Assembly: GCA_049314435.1 (NCBI GenBank) | Contig: JBMOFD010000064.1 | Coordinates: 1 to 10,704, forward strand | Direction: 5' to 3' | Length of the DNA stretch: 10,704 nucleotides | From: Chlamydiia bacterium | GTDB taxonomy: Bacteria; Chlamydiota; Chlamydiia; Chlamydiales; JBMOFD01 | Shown: piece after piece, positions 6,556-10,704 of the stretch | Layout: every line of letters begins with the position of its first letter | How positions within the stretch are numbered: the first letter of the stretch is position 1 | Translations under genes and position numbers: made by a program | The notes under the pieces: model-generated | Databases searched by the model: none | Told to the model about the DNA's origin: nothing | The model's input: only the letters and a program-made list of their open reading frames with translations

Positions 6556-8526
6556 ATGTTCGGCCGGTTGACTCTAGATGCCCTAAAGCATGACTGGATC
6601 GAGTACTCCGCTGGAGCTGGCATGATCCTTGCCGGTATCGCGGCTGTGGCTTGGCTCTTCTACCATCATCGTTGGCAGTGGCTCTGGAAGGAGTGGTTAA
6701 CGACCTTGGACCCGAAGCGCATCGGCGTGATGTACATTCTGGTGGCTACGCTCATGCTGCTTAAGGGATTCATTGATGCTGTGATGATGCGCGGCCAGCA
6801 GGCCTTTTCTGTGGGCGACATGCATGGCTATTTGGGGTCCGATCACTTCCAGCAGGTCTTCACGGCCCATGGCACGACGATGATCTTCTTTGTCGCCATG
6901 GGTGTGATCTTTGGCATGATGAACTGGATTGTGCCGCTGCAGATCGGCGCTCGAGACGTAGCCTTTCCCTTCGTAAATGCCCTCAGCTTCTGGCTCTTTG
7001 CTACCGGTGGGATGCTGCTCATGGTGTCGCTCCTGATCGGTGAGTTCTCAGCGACTGGTTGGGTAGCTTATCCTCCTCTTTCGGGTCTTAAGTATAGCCC
7101 TGGCGTTGGCATGGACTACTGGATCTGGAGCGTGCAGATTGCCGGAGCTGGTAGCCTCATGGGTGGCATTAACTTCCTCGTGACGATCTTGAAGATGCGC
7201 TGTCCTGGTATGACTCTCATGAAGATGCCTCTCTTCACCTGGACCATCCTGGCAACCACGACGTTGATTATCTTTGCCTTCCCCATCCTCACTGTGACGC
7301 TTGCCCTGCTTGCTCTAGATCGCCTGATGGACATGCACTTTTTCACAGCGGACTTTGGTGGCAATCCCATGTTGTATGTGAACCTCATCTGGGCGTGGGG
7401 GCATCCAGAGGTCTACATCCTGATCCTACCGGCCTTTGGTGTCTTTTCTGAGGTGGTGTCGACCTATTGCCAAAAGCGCCTCTTCGGCTATGCGGGCATG
7501 GTCTGGGCGATCGGAGCGATCACCGTCCTCTCCTTCATCGTCTGGTTGCATCACTTCTTCACTATGGGAGCCAGTGCCAACGTCAATGCCTTCTTCGGCA
7601 TTATGACGATGCTCATTGCCATCCCCACGGGTGTGAAGATCTTCAACTGGCAGTTCACGATGTTCAGAGGACGCATCCAGTTCAAGACGCCGATGATGTG
7701 GTTCCTAGGATTTGTGGTGACCTTCACCATCGGAGGCATGGCCGGCGTACTGCTCTCTATCGCGCCTTTCGACTTCCAGGCGCACAATAGCCTCTTCCTC
7801 ATCGCTCACTTCCACTCTGTGATCATCGGGGGAGTGCTCTTTGGCTTCTTTGCCGGGTTCACCTACTGGTTCCCCAAGGTCACCGGCTTCAAACTGAACG
7901 AACGGCTTGGGCATTACGCTTTCTGGTGCTGGTTCATTGGCTTTCTCGTGGCCTTTCTGCCCCTTTATGTCCTTGGGCTCATGGGTGCCACTAGGCGGCT
8001 GGACCACTACGACGCTGCCACCGGCTGGCAACCTCTCTTCATTGTAGCGGGTGTAGGCGCGCTCATCATTGCCGTAGGTATTGCCTTCCAGCTGCTCCAG
8101 GTGTTCGTCAGCATCAAAGAGCGTAAGCAGAACCGTGATCTCACTGGCAATCCGTGGCACGGGGGGACTCTAGAGTGGTCAACGCCATCGCCGCCTCCCG
8201 TTTATAATTTCCCCGTGATCCCCGTGGTGGATAGTCGCGATCCGTTGTGGACCTTCGAGGATCGACATGTTCCCCCGGCCAAGATCCAATATGAAGACCT
8301 CGCGGTCCCTAAAAACAGCCCAGTACCGGTTCTTCTGGGTGGGTGTGCCTTCACGGTCGGCTTTGCGATCATCTGGCACCTATGGTGGCTGGTGGCTCTG
8401 GGTGCGATCGCCTTTGTGGCCCTGCTGATCTGGCGACTATCTGACGATGAGCCAGACTATTGGTTGTCCGCCGCTGAGGTGGAGCGCATCCAGCTGACCG
8501 CCTCACATGGAGGAGTCCGCACATGA
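6556..8526 (+). CDS. cyoB: Cytochrome bo3-type quinol oxidase subunit I (A1 heme-copper oxidase)
   Basis: Motifs FTAHG, GARDVAFP (D-channel Asp), WGHPEVY, WLHHFF, PTGVKIFNW (K-channel Lys), AHFH and TRR. Has the extra N- and C-terminal helices typical of quinol oxidases. Confidence 0.98.
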   Translation: MFGRLTLDALKHDWIEYSAGAGMILAGIAAVAWLFYHHRWQWLWKEWLTTLDPKRIGVMYILVATLMLLKGFIDAVMMRGQQAFSVGDMHGYLGSDHFQQVFTAHGTTMIFFVAMGVIFGMMNWIVPLQIGARDVAFPFVNALSFWLFATGGMLLMVSLLIGEFSATGWVAYPPLSGLKYSPGVGMDYWIWSVQIAGAGSLMGGINFLVTILKMRCPGMTLMKMPLFTWTILATTTLIIFAFPILTVTLALLALDRLMDMHFFTADFGGNPMLYVNLIWAWGHPEVYILILPAFGVFSEVVSTYCQKRLFGYAGMVWAIGAITVLSFIVWLHHFFTMGASANVNAFFGIMTMLIAIPTGVKIFNWQFTMFRGRIQFKTPMMWFLGFVVTFTIGGMAGVLLSIAPFDFQAHNSLFLIAHFHSVIIGGVLFGFFAGFTYWFPKVTGFKLNERLGHYAFWCWFIGFLVAFLPLYVLGLMGATRRLDHYDAATGWQPLFIVAGVGALIIAVGIAFQLLQVFVSIKERKQNRDLTGNPWHGGTLEWSTPSPPPVYNFPVIPVVDSRDPLWTFEDRHVPPAKIQYEDLAVPKNSPVPVLLGGCAFTVGFAIIWHLWWLVALGAIAFVALLIWRLSDDEPDYWLSAAEVERIQLTASHGGVRT

Positions 8527-9119
8527 CCATTCCGAGCTTTCTGCACCACGAGCATGAGAAGAAGGTCTACTCCAGGACCGTCTTTGGGTTCTGGGTCTAC
8601 CTCATGACCGACTGCGTGCTCTTTGGCATCCTCTTTGCGACCTACATGGTGCTGCACACGCACACCTTTGGAGGACCTACCGCTGCACAGCTGTTTGACT
8701 TGCCCTTTGCCCTAGCGGAGACGCTCCTCCTATTGGTGAGTAGCCTCGCCTGCGGGATAGCCATGCTCCCGAGTCATCGCGAGAAGAAAGGCTGGTTCAC
8801 AGCTTGGATGGGATTGACCTTCCTTCTGGGTGCGAGCTTTCTAGTCATGGAGATCACAGAGTTCCACCATTTCGTGGGGTTGGGGGCTGGCTGGCAGCGG
8901 AGTGCTTTCCTTTCCTCCTTCTTTACCCTAGTGGCTACCCACGGAGCCCACATAGCCGTCGGTCTACTCTGGATGGTCGTGCTAGCTGTGCAGGTGGCCC
9001 GTCGTGGCATGACATTATCCGTACTACGTCGGTTAGCCTGCTTTAGGCTCTTCTGGCACTTCCTTGACGTGGTGTGGATTTTCATCTTTTCGATTGTGTA
9101 CTTGCTGGGAGTGGGCTGA
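8523..9119 (+). CDS. cyoC: Cytochrome bo3-type quinol oxidase subunit III
   Basis: Motifs FGFWVYLMTDCVLF, ETLLLLVSS, QRSAFLSSFFTLVATHGAH and LFWHFLDVVWIFIF. ATGA overlap with the cyoB stop and a GGAGGAG RBS at 8509-8515. Confidence 0.97.
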   Translation: MTIPSFLHHEHEKKVYSRTVFGFWVYLMTDCVLFGILFATYMVLHTHTFGGPTAAQLFDLPFALAETLLLLVSSLACGIAMLPSHREKKGWFTAWMGLTFLLGASFLVMEITEFHHFVGLGAGWQRSAFLSSFFTLVATHGAHIAVGLLWMVVLAVQVARRGMTLSVLRRLACFRLFWHFLDVVWIFIFSIVYLLGVG

Positions 9120-9120
9120 C

Positions 9121-9474
9121 ATGGATGACCACACACACACGACTAGCTCGGAAGACCATGCAGAGTACGGCTCATTGAAGGCCTACCTTTGGGGGTTTGG
9201 CCTCTGCCTTATCCTTACGCTGGCCTCCTTCTTCGTCGTTCAGCAGCATCTCTTCACGCCGGTGGCCCTCTTTGCTGTGATTGCGGGGTTGGCTCTGATC
9301 CAGGCAGCTGTCCAGGTGATCTTCTTTCTCCACCTGGGCAGTGAAGAGGCCCCACGCTCCAAGCTCATGGTCTTTCTCTTCATGGTCATGGTGTTGGCTA
9401 TTCTAGTGGGTGGCTCCCTCTGGATCGTGTATAACCTAGAATACCGTACCATGTCCGGCATGGACATGGGGTAG
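9121..9474 (+). CDS. cyoD: Cytochrome bo3-type quinol oxidase subunit IV
   Basis: ATG at 9121, 1 bp after the cyoC stop, is preferred over the 9064 start in the ORF track. His-rich N-terminus and motifs GSLKAYLWGF..LILT, QVIFFLHL and GSLWIVYNL. Confidence 0.95.
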   Translation: MDDHTHTTSSEDHAEYGSLKAYLWGFGLCLILTLASFFVVQQHLFTPVALFAVIAGLALIQAAVQVIFFLHLGSEEAPRSKLMVFLFMVMVLAILVGGSLWIVYNLEYRTMSGMDMG

Positions 9475-9537
9475 ATTGAGGAGCCGAGTTGAACAGAGCC
9501 AACAGAGGAGCGCGGTGAGTTTCTCCGCGTCAACGAG

Positions 9538-10425
9538 ATGACAACGCTGGCCAAAACATATTATCTGCTGACCAAGCCTGGGATCATCATGGGCAACCTC
9601 CTCACCACTGTGGCGGGGTTTGCTCTGGCCTCTCGAGGGAACATCGATGGCGTGCTATTCCTCATCACACTCATCGGCCTAGGGGCCGTCATTGCTTCCG
9701 CCTGTGTTTTCAACAACTGCATCGACCGTGAGATCGATGCTAAGATGCCTCGTACCAAGAATCGTGCCCTGGTCACAGGTCGCATCTCGATCCAGAGTGC
9801 GCGCATCTTTGCCGGGGCTCTCCTTGTGTTGGGCCTTGGAACTCTCGGTTGGTTCACCAATCTCCTCGCCACAGGCGTCGCGTTGACTGGCTTCCTGGTG
9901 TACGTCGTCCTCTATAGTCTCGGAAAGTGCCGCACGATCTATGGAACGGCGATCGGCAGCATCGCTGGCGCGATGCCCCCAGTCGTGGGCTATTGTGCTG
10001 TGTCTGGCCGACTGGATGTAGGAGCCTTCATTCTCTTTGCGATCATGGTGCTGTGGCAGATGCCACACTTCTATGCCATCGCGATGTTCCGTCTCTCTGA
10101 CTACAAGGCCGCCTCGATCCCATTGTTACCGATCGTGAAGGGTGCCTATGTCACGAAGATGCACATGCTGCTCTACATCATCTTCTTTGTGGCGGCTACA
10201 GCTCTGTTGACTCTCTTTGGGTATGAGGGGTTCCTCTACCTGGTGGTGTCAGTTTCTTTGGGACTTGCCTGGCTGTGGCTCTGCATTCGTGGGTTCCAAG
10301 GTCAGGACGACAACCAGTGGGCCCGACAGATGTTCGTGTTCTCCCTCGTGCTCATCGTGATCTTGTGCTTCATGATCGCGTGGGACTACCAGCCCGGATC
10401 GGAACGAGCATTAGAAGTTCTTTGA
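9538..10425 (+). CDS. cyoE: Protoheme IX farnesyltransferase (heme o synthase)
   Basis: Motifs LTKPGIIMGN, CVFNNCIDREIDAKMPRTKNRALVTG, GSIAGAMPPVVGY, LWQMPHFYAIA and DYKAASIP. Last gene of the cyo operon. Confidence 0.97.
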   Translation: MTTLAKTYYLLTKPGIIMGNLLTTVAGFALASRGNIDGVLFLITLIGLGAVIASACVFNNCIDREIDAKMPRTKNRALVTGRISIQSARIFAGALLVLGLGTLGWFTNLLATGVALTGFLVYVVLYSLGKCRTIYGTAIGSIAGAMPPVVGYCAVSGRLDVGAFILFAIMVLWQMPHFYAIAMFRLSDYKAASIPLLPIVKGAYVTKMHMLLYIIFFVAATALLTLFGYEGFLYLVVSVSLGLAWLWLCIRGFQGQDDNQWARQMFVFSLVLIVILCFMIAWDYQPGSERALEVL

Positions 10426-10453
10426 GCAGGCACCCGATGCTTGGCTTCAGGTA

Positions 10454-10512
10454 GAGCAGCCTTCGAGGCCTGCTCCGAGTTATGAGGAGCGTCTCGGCCT
10501 CTCAGGCGCTCC
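10454..10512. terminator. Two tandem GC-rich hairpins downstream of cyoE (possible terminator or mRNA 3' stabiliser)
   Basis: First hairpin GAGCA-GCCT/AGGC-c-TGCTC (10454-10475). Second hairpin GGAGCGTCT/AGGCGCTCC (10486-10512, 9 bp with one G-U). No U-tract follows directly. Confidence 0.4.
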
Positions 10513-10544
10513 AGCCCAGGGTGGCTATCCTATTAGCTCTCTAG

Positions 10545-10704
10545 TTGATTTATAACGGCTTTTATTTTGAAGCTAGCGGCAGTTAATAAATTAAAATATT
10601 CATTGCTATACAGCTGGGAATCATGACTATTTTTGCAAAATTGTGTTGCAATGTAGAGCGTCGCCTGGTTAATCTATTGGTTAATTGAGCGTTTTACTTA
10701 TTCA
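10545..10704. promoter_or_regulatory. AT-rich intergenic region, probable promoter/operator region for a gene beyond the window
   Basis: Abrupt AT enrichment. Palindrome TTTTGCAAAA (10631-10640), TTGCAA twice (10633, 10646), and direct repeat TGGTTAAT (10666-10673, 10678-10685). Confidence 0.45.

Noticed and set aside
9064..9120. Longer cyoD start from the ORF track
   Set aside because: It overlaps the cyoC 3' end by 56 bp. ATG 9121 gives a typical CyoD.
5675..10068. Numerous antisense and alternate-frame ORFs within the cyo genes (likewise within sulP, can and the orphan)
   Set aside because: Shadow ORFs of well-supported genes with no independent motifs.
1..10704. CRISPR array, tRNA, tmRNA or rRNA
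   Set aside because: No regularly spaced repeats, cloverleaf or conserved RNA gene motifs were seen on either strand.

Overview
Bacterial window with all credible genes on the + strand. In order: (1) a short frameshifted, truncated remnant of an IS200/IS605/IS607-type TnpB gene with a RuvC-I GIDLN motif (~198-480); (2) a SulP/SLC26 anion transporter and beta-carbonic anhydrase pair (634-2784); (3) an 806-aa orphan with two coiled-coil/hydrophobic-hairpin modules, resembling a chlamydial Inc or type III effector (3134-5554); (4) a complete cytochrome bo3-type quinol oxidase operon cyoABCDE (5618-10425); (5) an AT-rich regulatory tail. The most striking unannotated structure is a 2406-bp segment (478-2883) holding sulP-can. 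It is bounded by perfect 10-bp inverted repeats (CATCGTCAGG/CCTGACGATG), immediately flanked by a 5-bp direct repeat (CGACT), and contains no transposase, so it is a candidate non-autonomous CO2/bicarbonate cassette. CyoB has Lys at the quinone-site Arg71 position and CyoA lacks a lipobox. An environmental Chlamydiota host is inferred, not shown.
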